This document shows, piece by piece, positions 1 through 12,421 of a stretch of DNA of 64,000 bases. Within the stretch, counting starts at the first letter, position 1, and every line of letters starts with the position of its first letter. The notes below the pieces were generated by a model. It was not told the origin of the DNA, did not search any database, and saw nothing but the letters and a program-made list of their open reading frames with translations. A program made the translations under genes and the position numbers. This DNA is from Raillietiella orientalis. Lineage: Eukaryota. The stretch covers positions 124,001-188,000 of the forward strand of contig JAYWIR010000001.1 of assembly GCA_036172245.1 (NCBI GenBank), given 5' to 3'.

Positions 1-63
1 GCATCGCTGCTTCGTGTGTTCCCCGTGTGTCGTCGTCGTCGTCCAGCAGGAACGTCCGCCAAG

Positions 64-2501
64 ATGTTCAGGATCCCCAGCCTCCTCAGGACGGCTTCCT
101 CGAGGAAGCTCTGCCTCTCGAGGTCGTATGCGAAGGAAGTGAGATTCGGTGCAGACGTGAGAGCGGTCATGCTGCAAGGTGTTGACATCCTAGCCGACGC
201 GGTCGCCGTGACGATGGGACCCAAGGTAACGAACGCCCTCGACACCAAACCCCCTTGCACGGCACGGAACACGGGCCGGCATAGAACCGGATGCAGGCCT
301 CACAAGTTAGTGGGCTTGCCAGCCGACTTTACAAAGCTGGCGTTTAATTTTGAATCCAGCCGTGTACTTGACTGTAACAAGTACTTTGATTTTAATGTAT
401 ATTAAGTAAAGCGTTTTAAAGGTGGTTTATCAGTCAGGTGCTAAGGAAACATTGGTTTCACTCTCGACGAGAATTGCTTTCATATATTTGCAAGGGACTT
501 CAGATATGCAAAGTTGTTCGTAATGATATTGGAATAAGAGTTCACTCTAATTTTAGGGTAGAAATGTTATTCTGGAACAATCTTGGGGGAGTCCAAAAAT
601 CACAAAAGATGGGGTGACAGTGGCCAAAGGAATCGAACTAAAGGACAAGTTTATGAACATTGGAGCTAAACTGGTACAAGATGTTGCCAATAATACAAAT
701 GAGGAAGCAGGAGATGGCACAACAACTGCAACTGTTTTAGCTAGAGCCATAGCAAAAGAGGGCTTTGAAAAAATTATTAAAGGAGCCAATCCCATTGAGA
801 TCCGTCGAGGTGGGTAAGAAGGCTCAGTTTGCAGTACATTATTTTTATTTTTTCCCCTTCTTAGGTGTAATGATGGCGGTTGATGCTGTAGTGGAGGAAT
901 TGAAAAGGCTATCAAGGCCAGTTACCACCCCTCAGGAAATTGCCCAAGTGGCAACAATATCTGCAAATGGTGATAAAGATGTGGGTGATCTTATTGCATC
1001 AGCAATGAAGAAGGTTTGTGTACTGCCAATTTGTATTCAGAAACAAATTTATTGTTACAGGTTGGTAGGGATGGAGTGATCACTGTGAAAGATGGGAAGA
1101 CTCTTCATGATGAGCTAGAAGCCATTGAAGGAATGAAATTTGATAGAGGATATATTTCACCTTACTTTATTAATACAACCAAAGGTAAAAATATATATAT
1201 ATATATATATATATGGGCAAGTACATGCTTTCTTCTCATTACCTTAGGTGCCAAGGTAGAGTATCAGGATGCCCTGGTTCTGTTGAGTGAAAAAAAAATA
1301 TCCAGCATTCAGCAAATTATTCCAGCACTGGAGTTAGCTAACAGTCAGAGAAAACCACTTATTATCTTAGCTGAAGATGTAGATGGCGAGGCATTAACCA
1401 CCTTAGTGGTCAATCGGTAAATTTTGTCCCAGACAGAGCCAAAATCTATTTGTCTTTTTTTTGTAAGGTTAAAAATTGGACTGCAGGTGGTTGCTGTCAA
1501 GGCCCCTGGATTTGGTGATAACAGAAAAAGCACACTCCAAGACATTGCAATAGCAACTGGTGGTGTTGTGTTTGGTGATGAAGCAATTAACATCAAACTG
1601 GAAGATATCCAGGTTAATGATTTTGGGGAAGTTGGTGAAGTAATAATCACCAAAGATGACACGCTTCTGCTGAAGGTATTTTATCTTTGTTTTTAATGAA
1701 GTTGTAGCAGTGTTTGTAGGGCAAAGGTGATAAGCCAGAAATAGCTAAAAGAGTGGCTCAATTGAAAGATGAAATTGAACTGACGAATTCCGAATATGAA
1801 AAGGAAAAGCTTCAAGAAAGATTGGCCAGGTTAGCATCTGGTGTTGGTGTCATTAAAGTTGGTGGATCAAGTGAGGTAACTACTGTCTTTTCTTAATTGT
1901 GCTGTGAAATAATCTTTTACCAGGTTGAAGTCAATGAAAAAAAAGATAGAGTAAATGATGCACTGAATGCAACCCGGGCAGCTGTTGAGGAAGGGATTGT
2001 TCCTGGTGGAGGAACTGCACTTATTAGGTGTTTACCAGTTTTGGACAAACTATCTGTTAAGAATGAAGATCAGAAAACAGGTTAGCTGCATCTCGTGCAC
2101 TAACAAACTGAATGTTTCTTAGGCATCGAAATTCTGAAGAAAGCATTGAAACTTCCTTGTTTCACCATTGCAAACAATGCAGGCGTTGATCCATCCATCG
2201 TTGTACAGAAAGTTATGGAAGCCAGTAAAGATGTTGGATATGATGCTTTAGCAGGCGAATATGTAGATCTCATCGAGAAGGGAATTATTGACCCTACAAA
2301 GGTGAAAGACTCCCTTTAGCTGTTCTGATTTTAAAGTTTCCTTAAAAGGTGGTGCGAACTGCACTGATTGATGCTGCTGGTGTTGCATCTTTACTTACAA
2401 CAGCTGAATGTGTAGTCACAGAAATTCCCAAGGAAGATAAGCCTGACCCTATGGCTGGAATGGGAGGAGGTGGCATGGGAGGCATGGGAGGAATGATGTA
2501 A
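64..2501 (+). CDS. HSPD1: Mitochondrial chaperonin 60 (HSP60/Cpn60), 10 exons, 569 aa
   Basis: Exons 64-225, 557-809, 865-1013, 1061-1184, 1248-1416, 1468-1675, 1720-1875, 1924-2080, 2123-2301 and 2349-2501 are joined by GT-AG introns into a 1710-nt open frame. Arg/Ser/Leu-rich presequence, then [49 protein letters not shown] and a GGM-repeat C-terminus. Confidence 0.97.
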
Positions 2502-2590
2502 CCACTTCTGAGACCAGTGAACAGATGACATTAGCGGAAATTTCTGCTGTTGAGGTGTCAAATGTATATCAGAAAAAATAACGTTTTCTA

Positions 2591-2596
2591 AATAAA
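2591..2596 (+). terminator. Polyadenylation signal of Hsp60
   Basis: AATAAA 90 nt after the stop, followed by T/GT-rich sequence. Confidence 0.7.
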
Positions 2597-2620
2597 TATA
2601 CATTTGGTTGTTAAGGAATT

Positions 2621-2626
2621 TTTATT
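2621..2626 (-). terminator. Candidate polyadenylation signal of COQ10
   Basis: TTTATT on + (AATAAA on -), ~110 nt downstream of the COQ10 stop. Confidence 0.55.
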
Positions 2627-2733
2627 TGTGGCATTTCATTTTGACCAGCTAGCACTCAAAATAGGTTTTAAAATGGATCAATCTAATGTGATTGCATGTA
2701 ATTTCTTCCCTATTCACACAGCTTTCATGAGCA

Positions 2734-3415
2734 TCACGTATCCACAACACATTCAAATCTAGCTGCCTTGCCATAACGCTTCTCAGCTTCCCCAATAAAG
2801 GCATTTATCACATGATCCATTACCTTGTTAAAAACCATGTTAGATAACTGTGAGTGCAGAACCGAAGAGAACTGAAAGTTCAAGTGGAATTCAATATTAC
2901 AAGAGTTCACTTGGTGTTTAACTCCAGGGAAGAACTTCCATTCACTAACTAGGTGCTTGAACAAATGACTGTCCTTGCAAACTGATTTCACCAGATATGG
3001 TTTCACGAAAGTGACCAAGGAAGTGTAAGTTTCTTGAAATGGTGGGAAACTGATGTCAAGATCAACAACTGTTTCTTGCAAATTATGCATCTTTATGACA
3101 GAACGTTTGCACCAGGGTATAAATTTATCATAATTTTCTACATCCGAAACTACTTCATACATCTGATTCATGCTATATCTGAAAAAAAGCAAAATGCTCT
3201 TCTCCTGTGCCAAACATCAATCCACTTACCCCAGGAGGCATTTTTTCAATATACTTTGATCATGATTTCCTGTGAAAAGTGCTTGTGTGGACAGTTTTGG
3301 AATTATATTATGTTTCAGTAGTTCCCATTTACATAACCTGGAACTGCCACTGTCATGCAACAGAATTAAATATCTCTTTGTACCTTTGCAGGAAATGTCT
3401 GTGTACCAACATCAT
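2734..3415 (-). CDS. COQ10: Coenzyme Q-binding protein COQ10 (START/polyketide-cyclase fold), 3 coding exons, ~194 aa
   Basis: complement(join(2734-3178, 3230-3337, 3384-3415)) = 585 nt in frame, with GT-AG introns of 51 and 46 nt. Presequence-like MMLVHRHFLQRLCK, then GYSMNQMYEVVSDVENYDKFIPWC, FPPFQETYTSLVT, LFKHLVSEWKF and AFIGEAEKRYG. The start codon is less certain than the last exon. Confidence 0.9.
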
Positions 3416-3813
3416 ACACTGTAAAATATTCTTTCAGATCATGATTACTTCATTTCATCAAACTTTTTTATGGATTCATGATGCTGTGCAAAATTAAATG
3501 TGAACTCCTGGAAATAAAAACAATCAAGTTTTAAAGGAAGCGTTGGCAAATAGAATACAGAGTCCACATGATGATGCACTCTATTATTCCGGCTTCATAT
3601 GACATCATCAATTAAATTTCATCGACACAACATTATTATCAATAGAATACAACCATGTTGTTCACTTTAGTCTACAAATTTTTGCAGTCTTCAAAAACTA
3701 CAGTTTGCTACATGAAAAGCTAAGCAAAGATACGTTTTCGAGTCGTGAAAATTTACTCCCACTGAATCTCAAAAAGATGACCGACTCCCTCAAACAAATT
3801 TTCCGTTTTCACC

Positions 3814-3821
3814 ACTTCCGG
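3814..3821 (-). promoter_or_regulatory. ETS-type site (CCGGAAGT) in the likely COQ10 promoter
   Basis: ACTTCCGG on +, ~400 nt upstream of the COQ10 ATG, where CpGs reappear after the CpG-poor gene body. Short motif; could be chance. Confidence 0.3.
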
Positions 3822-6800
3822 TGTAAAAGAAACTTCAGCACTCACTTTACACCGTGGAATGACATTTGTGGAATGATGGTGGTGGTACACCAGAAACTGG
3901 GAGTCACGTCATACTTAAGAAAAATCATTCAGAGGATCATTAAAATCAAACTGCTTCGTGGATAAATATATTAAAAACATACGAGGTAGCAATTCAAGGT
4001 GGCGTTCAATGATTTTCTGCATTTCAAATCCCGAGCTCTTCGTCTAGGAAAAAAACACGACTCCCCCAGCACTATGCATATTTGGTTCCTTTATTATTTC
4101 ACAAACACCACAGGCATAAATCGACCGTCCTGCTTTTCAGATTTTCAGATTCATCTCAGACGGTCACCTCTCAGATAAGTTGATGCATTGGCAACACATT
4201 TGAGGATGTGATTTCGATGGTTTCCTCGTGGCACTCCTAAGGTGGGAGATACAAGACGAAGATGGAACAGGAGAATAAATCAGATCTAAAGAGTTCACAG
4301 ATGAGTAACTTGCTACGTCTGAATAGCGGGCACATAGCTTTTTCTTTTTTTCTTTTTGCAAAGGATCAGAGAACATTCTAATCAATTGGAAAACCTATGT
4401 GAAATAGAAAAATAGAAAGAAAAAGAAAAAAAACAGTCGAGGGATATTTCCGTGGTCGATTGTGAATAAGCAAGATGAATTTACTCATTGGTGAGGCAGC
4501 AGCACATGACCACGGAAAAAAGGTTCGAAATAACAACTGTTTCAAAATCCAGTATGAAACTGTGAATGGAGAAGGATACTGAATTTCGATTTGTTTTCAT
4601 CGTCTAAAGACGCAAAAAGTATAACGACGCCATCAGCAAGTTATCACGGGCATCCTTGACAGTTCCTTATGCACTAAAATCACACCAGAAAATAATTTAC
4701 TACAGCTGAAGTATCGACTAACGCTTTGTTAGTGGGTACTCCATGAGAAGTCCATTTAAACATGAATAAGAATACATTAAAGGCAAAATACATTAAACTT
4801 GTAGCCTTTCAAGTACTCTCTCTCTCTCTCTCTCACACACACATGCACAAAAGAAGAGAAATACAATCTGAAATTCTCTGAGTACCGAAACTTATTTGTC
4901 TGCCTAAGCTAAGTTGTTTTCCCGGCTTGCTCTCGCAACCAGGACCTTATCGTTTGTACAATATGTACCACCAAACAAAAATAACGCAAGTTGTACACTT
5001 TTACTGTTGTGTTATAAGTTCCACATGAATTTGATTGCAACTTGGACTGCAATCGTTAAATAACAACAGACTGTCAAAAAATCATTTAAAAAAGGTACAT
5101 CTTCTATTGTCTGCATATCATTAATGTCTCGAATGTTTCATGAACGGAAGCATCCGAGAAACCTTCTGGTGACTTTTCACGATTTAAAATGAACGTTAAT
5201 AATAAATTCGACTAAATATTACGATGCTGAGGAGCGTAAATTCGGAAATGGAATTTTAGTTCATCGGTATTTTAGTTGTACCACAAATCGTTGAGCAGAT
5301 TTAAAAGCAACAAACACAAACGGATAGGAGAATAATAGGAAATTCAAATCTTTAAAGACCATTTGTACAAAATCGCTACCTATGTGTTCGCACGTTTTCG
5401 TATTTAATTTCCAAGTGGCATGAAGGTACAGTGCAGTTTCTGATTGGAACAGAAGATCTTGTGCAACGTAAATCGTTTTTTCCTAGCTCACCTATCTTGA
5501 AAAGGGTTTTTGCACTTCTATGTATGGTCGATAAACGCAAAGACCTTTGTTCCTAATTTCGCCTTTTCTCTATCCCTTTTTTTTCCTTTTTTTCAGATAC
5601 CGAGTGGGACGCCTGCTTCACGACAAACGCCAACAGCAACCTGCATCCCAGTCTCACGCAAATCCTCAACCTCCCGACCTTCTCTCCAGAAGCATAATGG
5701 CGTCTGAACTTTATTAACGATTCGAATCGTTTGCAGGATTAGTAGTAATGAAAAGCATCCTGGACTCTGCGCTTGTTGTGTAGCTCTAAGTGGATCTTTC
5801 GGGGTTTGGAGCCGGAGTGCATCTGCAAAAAGAACGTTTCCACTAGATACCACACTGTGTGCTTCCAACTGTGTTAACTTGTGCTTTCATAGGGTCCCGC
5901 AGGTTTTCTCGACTATTTATTGCTTAGCGTCCGTCCTCACCTGTGTCAAGGGAAACGGGGTATCAAACAAGCAGAACCAGGTGCTCCCGGATAAGTCTTT
6001 TCAGGGTTGCAGCAGTCCGGGTTTGATGAGAATGAAAAGAAAAAAACTTGGATCTGCCGTTCGAAGGGAATCTGCCATCTACGAGTTTGCCCATGAGATA
6101 CACTTTATTCGATAGCCTCATCGTTCCATCCAAGGAAAACAGAGAGGGAGCTTTACCTCATCTAGTTTTTCACCCTGAGGTACGTGGGAAGAGTATCCCA
6201 CTGAGGTCAGCATGACATAACAGACTCGGCAACTTTTTGCAAATTACACACCACAACTCTCCGATACCGACATTTTATATACCAAGATTGCCACTCGAAT
6301 CTCGTTCAAGAGTACCCAGTTCCATATTTCTGAACGAATAAATCTTTCTGAACGAGTTACATTAAGTTCGGTCTTTTGTAAAAACATCGGCCGGATACAA
6401 GAAAACGTAAGAAAAAAAATTTCAAATCTTTCAAATTTGCAATTTGTAAAAGGTACATCAGTTTGAATGCCTAAAACGGGAGTTTTACCTGCAGAAGCAC
6501 AGGGAAAGAGGTTCTTTGAAAACAATTGCAAATGCAGTTTATTATATGTTTTCTCTTTCTATCCCTTAGGACCCAAAAAGTGCTTTAAAAAGGCAGAAGG
6601 GCGTGCCCTTCTGTCGGATCGCGCCATTACCGATTAAGGTTTGGTCCTCAGGAAATGGGCAAGGTTGATGGGAGGTCTTTTGTGAGGGGAATTCAATCCA
6701 CGTTGGTGCTGCTGTTCATCCCTCAGCCTTACATCCAGAATCTTAGAGGGTTTAGTCTCTTACAAAGTCTCTTACTCTTTCACACTTGCAAAAAGACGAC

Positions 6801-7331
6801 GCAAGTCCGATGACCTCACGAAAAAGGCACGCAACCCGACTATCCAGTCAGACGGATAAAGACGCAACACCACTTCTTCAGTAGCTCCATTATGCTTGAG
6901 AATCTAATGGGCTAAAGGTGGCCAAAGGCTCTCGTCTCCGTAGGGAAAGCGTCCTTCGCTCGTTCTTCTAAAGGAATCTTATCTTCCTGGATTTATGGTA
7001 CGGATCAGGAATTTTTCCGAATCATTTCTTTTCAGAAGCATATTTGACAGACGCAAAAATGGGCAAAATAAGGTCCGCTCTGAGGTCTTATGGACGAAAT
7101 GAGATCCAAATTGATTGCATTCATGAAAGGAAGTGTTGGCTTGTGTTTAATTATTTTGGCGAAATCCACTAAAGCACAGCTTCCAGTATTCTCGACGCTC
7201 GTAGCCGATCTGAACGGCTAAGAGCGCTCTTGAAAGGACAGCATTCTCGTCAGAAATTTGAAGCCGTTCTAATGAACAAGTTGCTGCTTTGAGAAAGGCG
7301 ACAGACGTTTCTCATTCTGGTAGCCGGTTCT

Positions 7332-7362
<31 letters not shown>

Positions 7363-7483
7363 CTTTCTGGGAGAATCTTGTTCCAGCAGCGTGTGTGCAG
7401 CGAGTGAGAACTGGTAGCACTCGACCAGTGGTCTCTCCCCCTCTCTCTCCCTCTGACATTAGAAGCAGCGTGCGGGCGTGAAT

Positions 7484-8060
7484 GGCGTAGTGAACACGAA
7501 GCGTGTTGTTGGTCGACGAGGAAGCAGTGGTCACTGGAATCAAGGGTCAAGCAAATTTGACGTTTTCGTGCGTTTGGTACTGCAATCCCTTAATAGATGA
7601 CGCATCCTTCCGATTTTTCCAGTTCTCGAAATTTGTGAATCGTCGTGATGGTTGCCTCCGTCCTGGAAGGAGGTTTCAAATCGTGGATGAAGAAGCATTT
7701 GATGTTGCAGACTGTTTCGATCCGAGCCGTGTGACTTATCTGTCATTGCAGTTACTGCAACAGCTTGTAATCCCGTCAACTCGCAGGAGGGTTTCCCTCA
7801 TATTTTACATGAATTCGTGCCTTTCAGGACCGAATGAGCTTCGTGTTTATTTCAATTAAATGACTTCCCCTCAGATGGTGGCAACCCCATCAGCGGTTCC
7901 TGTGTGCCAGCGTGCGAGAGAAGACTCGACGAAACGAGGAAGGTACCCTTCGCTTTTCCAAATGGGTTTTTTTTTTCCTTGGCCAACTTGTGTCCCACTT
8001 TGCCATCATCAACTGCATATTCCGGGGTGGAAATATCCGTGACTCCTGCGATTTGCTTTT
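7484..8060 (+). pseudogene. Decayed thiosulfate/3-mercaptopyruvate sulfurtransferase (rhodanese, TST/MPST-like)
   Basis: Colinear fragments in different frames: GVVNTKRVV..I*RFRAFG (cf. GISNxTHVVVYD..VWWMFRVFG), VASVLEGGFKSWMKK (cf. VSVLNGGFRNW), FDPSRVTY..QQLV and GGNPISGS. Stops, frameshifts and intron-like pyrimidine-AG tracts lie between them. Confidence 0.45.
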
Positions 8061-8705
8061 TTGATTTTCTGCCATCTAATAGGGAGCACCACCAATTTGG
8101 GAACGTAAACACGACGCATTTAAAAGCAGAATAGCAAAAAATAAAAAAGGATATATCGTCTTCCGCATCTCTTTGGATATAGGAAACTCAAGATCCCCTC
8201 TGAATGTCTTACCCGGCGTTTAAATTTTATGCCTTTTTTCATGTGGAGCATAGATTTCAATATAATATTTGATTTTAATATTGCTCATTGCAATATCTAT
8301 TTTCGTTCTTTATTTTTTTGTTTTTCTTTGATAAACAGTATGTTCCTAGAGAACGCTCTTTCATCCAGGTTCCGATTTACATCTCCTTAAACGATAAGGA
8401 ATGGCAAGCGCTTGTTTCAGAAATCAGTTCATTAGCAAAGGGCCACTTCTTGTTGTTCAAGATGAAGGCATTCTAATGGGATTCAGTATACTGGAATGGG
8501 CTGCAACAGTCTCAGGGATTCTAGGGACTGTTTCATTGCTTCAAAATGCACTGAATTCCTAAAAGTAATCCCTGAGCAGCTTTGATGTGAACGCGTATGT
8601 ATGGTTGCATAAGTATGGTTACATACATGTGGAACAGAACAGATTATCTTTTACTTATGCTTCCCCACTTTGATGCCTGAAAGCTTTCATGGCTATGCTC
8701 TCAAG

Positions 8706-9151
8706 CAGGGGTGTCAAACTGGCGGCCTGCGATGTGATTTTATGTGGCCCACGATGCTCTGAAGCAAAGTGAAACAACAGAATATGTTACGAAGAAGATA
8801 GCAAGTGACCATCGCGTCGTTGCTATGTCACACGCTCTATGGTGCACTGGTCAACCGGGGGGGACAAAGTCCGAATGCAGCGTTAGGTGTAACCCGAGTT
8901 TTTGTTGATTTAACGAATTTTAATGAAAGGCAGTTGCGCTGGTTTCTTTGTCTCGATCGGCGTGGTAAAGATTTGCGGGCTTTATAACTTATTTAAAAAA
9001 TATGGTAGTTGCGGTTATTAGAATTTTTCAAATTCATATCAAACCCTTATTTTTTTTACATTTTAAGAAAATTTGCAAATGTCATGTGGCCCGCGTGAAT
9101 CTTACCAGTCGCGTTAAATGGCCCGCGGTTGAAATGAGTTGGACACACCTG
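8706..9151. mobile_element. Non-autonomous hAT (Charlie/Buster-type) MITE, 446 bp
   Basis: TIRs CAGGGGTGTCAAAC / GTTGGACACACCTG, subterminal GGCCCGCG-type repeats, and an 8-bp TSD CTCTCAAG / CTCTTAAG (7 of 8 match). Confidence 0.82.
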
Positions 9152-12100
9152 CTCTTAAGGATTCTGAGTAGGATTAACGTTCCGAGACCAGGTCTCTCAA
9201 GTCACAAGAACCTCCTCATTATGGGTTATTCATGTAACTTCTCTTCTCTGAATAAGACCTGCGCTCAATGGGCTTGGAAAAAAGATCGAACTCTTTCCTG
9301 CTTCAAACACCTCTTGGATATTAAGGAGATTTAAGTGTCAAACCACCATGACGACTGCAGGGTTCTCAACTTCCAGGATGCAAAAACGTGGAAAATGCAA
9401 CTGCGGAACGCGCAGAGAATCCTCACTGGCGCTGAAGGAAATGCAAACAAGCAGGCGTCTAAATTCCGAAATTGATCTCTTCAATCCAATTCGACTTCCT
9501 TTGCTTCTTTCAAGATGACTCCGGACACCGACCCTTTGGTCGGTGTCGATCTGCTTCGTACGTCAAGGTTTCGGTGCCCTGAGAGCAGAATGCAGGCGCT
9601 TCAGAGAAGCAATAAGAGCGTACGCCCATCGTGAGAACTGCAGCGTGGACTGCATGCCGATTCCGGAATCGATGTGGAAGGAGAGGAGACGATTTCTGAT
9701 GGCACGTGCGATCAGTGAGACTGACTGAAATGCCCTCGAGGAAAGGCAGGAAAATCCCAAAAAGTCTCTTCGAAGATACTCTCCCAACTTGCTCGGCTTG
9801 TTCATTGATGCTCTGAACGGACGATCGATGCGGATGAACGGCACCAAACTGATTGTTGATGACACTGCCGATCAGGGAAGAGGTGCCCAGGTCCAGAAAG
9901 TTCGCATGGAGCTTCCGAGTTCCACGCAAGAGGCCGAGGCTCGTCCAGCCTGCAGCGTGCGATTCGCGTAACCAGTCGAAAACCGGAAATCTCTCGAACG
10001 TAGGTCGCAACCGGTGCTTCGTGCTTGAGGAATTCGGAGCCGATGGTGTTGGTGGCTCGAAGACATCTGATGACGTGACGCATGAAGAAGTCTCCCTTGA
10101 TCACATTCCCCAGCTTGCACTTCAAGAACAACTATGTTTGCATGTTCCTAGGAAATAAATGACGTGCCTATCTCGACTTTGTTCTTAAAAGATCACGTGC
10201 ACTCTCGTCTGTAAGGGAGAGATCCTGCAGTCTAGTAGGAAACGTGTAACTGGATGCTATCCAGAGGACGGCTTACTTGAGTCTACTCGATGTAAAAGGG
10301 AAGCTATAACTAGAATACAGGAGTGAATGACCAAGGCAACTATTGACGCCTTCAAGGCTTCTGTTAAGATCATTCCACATACCCAGAGGAAGATAAAGGC
10401 GCTCATGAGTCGCGATGGAGGTCGGGAAAGATCTTCGTTGGAATGGGAGCGTTCACAAGGAACTTACAGACGCAGCTCGTGCTGCAATGAGGGTCGGCAC
10501 TGAGATGGACTTCGAGACAGAAATGATGTGAGTTTTTCTGCTGCTGCAAATAAATCAAAGGGCTCGAGAAGAAACCACTGTCTGCATGGCAAAGTATTAG
10601 AAGGATAGAACTCTCTTATAAAGATCTGTTGCTTATAAAGAGGTGTTTAAAGAAAAAAGTGTCTCAGGGACTTCCAGTATAACGAAAATTCTAGTTTGAA
10701 CAAGGATTGAGTGAAACATTGCAAGCCTTGCCACGTGTTCTTCCGGAGTCCTAAGAAAGGAAAAGATACGAAACCTGTGGTGGAGCGTCTTACTTTGTAG
10801 AGCACGCTGCTCCAGAACTCGCTAAGATGGGATGTAAGACCCAGGCGAACCTCCACCCGAATTTCATTCGGCTCAAAGGAGCCGAATGAAATTCGGCTCC
10901 TTTGAGCCTTTGAGCCCTTGCCTCAAGGAGCAAAAGAATATTCAGACGTCCCACTTTGCTTCTATCGCATTCTTCTAAATGATTCGAAAATCGAAGCGAA
11001 AAGACTTCATCATGAGACGGAAGGTGTCTTGGAGACGATGAAAGCTTATCAGTGCATGCTGCACCACCAAATTCCGAAAATTTACAAAGATTCCTCTTCC
11101 TATCTTGATCTACAGTCACATCTTAACATGTCGCATTCCATACCAAAATACGAAAAATGCATAAAAACCAAAATTCCAGTGAATACAAGTGCATCAGGAA
11201 AAGAAAAGGTTCGTCCAACTGTTCCAGGTTCCCACATAGGAATTTGTTTCATTTTCCGCATTACAAGGGAATATTCAAGTTTCCCAGCACGCTGGCAAGG
11301 AGGAAAAATGACTTCGACTGGGGCAAAATACGATCAAGAAAAACCCACGAAGGGCTGAGGGAACTTACGAAGAAGGCGACAAACCGACTCTCAACTCTCC
11401 ACGCATTGCAGAGGTATCCCTCCATTTGATTTTTGTTGCTGAGAGATCAACCAACAGTGTTCAAGAAACATATGTTGTTGCAGTTTGGGAAGTAAACACT
11501 CAATGTAGGACTCGCAAGGAATCTTGACGGGAAGTCAAGCGTTAGAAAACATTTCTGGATGCCAGCATGGTAGCTGCCCTGCATTGAATCAAAAGCATAC
11601 CCGTGCAAAGGGCTCCTACATTACTGTTAATTACAACGTGATTAGTAAATCCGTTCTCTTAATGATGTTCTCACCACATCCTTGAAGTTGCTCTTAGCAT
11701 TTCTTATTTCCCCACTGTTTATGCCGGCGCCAACTTTACAGAAATTCCTTAAGCTTGGATCGAAAATCTGAAATCTAAAATTTAACCCGAAGATGAAAAA
11801 AACAATCCTAGACCACATCACTACGTGCAAATCGAAGTGAATACTTACATGAATGCGTCTTATAATTCAGATATACCATGTTGATTCATGGAAAACCAGT
11901 TGTAAAAAAGTTGTACTAAGTGTAAATGCCATTTGCACTAAATCCAGCTCATCGTACTGCACAAGAGTTCAGCAAGAGTTTAAAAGGTGGTTCGTTTGCG
12001 ACTGTTCCTTGATTGAATGATGATTTTAAGATGTACATGGTGAGGATGTGAAGTTTCAGCATAGCAGAGGGATGTTGTCATAGCTATGTTTGCCATTTTG

Positions 12101-12421
12101 CATGTCCTGAAAGGACTATGAGGATTTTAATTAGTATGATCTACTAATTTGGGATGTAACTGCGCTCTTTATTGTTAGGAGAGACTGATGTGATTAAGTA
12201 ATGTGCATATGAGGGTGGGGTATTGATGTGTGGGTGATTACAGAAGAGATGTGAAGGGTTGCTTAGTTGATGTGCATCAAGAAGAATGACAAGGTGAGGC
12301 AGGTGGCTTTAGTAGTGTAAATACGGTTTAATCGAGTGTGTTCAAGAGTGCTTGTGGTGTGAGAGTGGGTAACAACACAAGTTTGACTCTATTCTAGTAA
12401 TGCTTCACGTTTTTCCTCCAG

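Noticed and set aside
553..1662. Minus-strand ORFs 553-915 and 1345-1662
   Set aside because: Antisense shadows of Hsp60 exons, a common artefact for chaperonin genes.
2734..3213. Single-exon COQ10 starting MAQEKSILL
   Set aside because: The N-terminal part lies in the 3179-3229 intron; the spliced model restores the conserved G-YS motif and a presequence.
3568..3610. ATGATGA C-box-like motif and short TGATGATG/CATCATCA stem
   Set aside because: No matching CTGA D box at a plausible distance, so there is insufficient support for a snoRNA.
9358..9372. CAGGGTTCTCAACTT, a hAT TIR-like sequence
   Set aside because: No partner TIR or TSD found.
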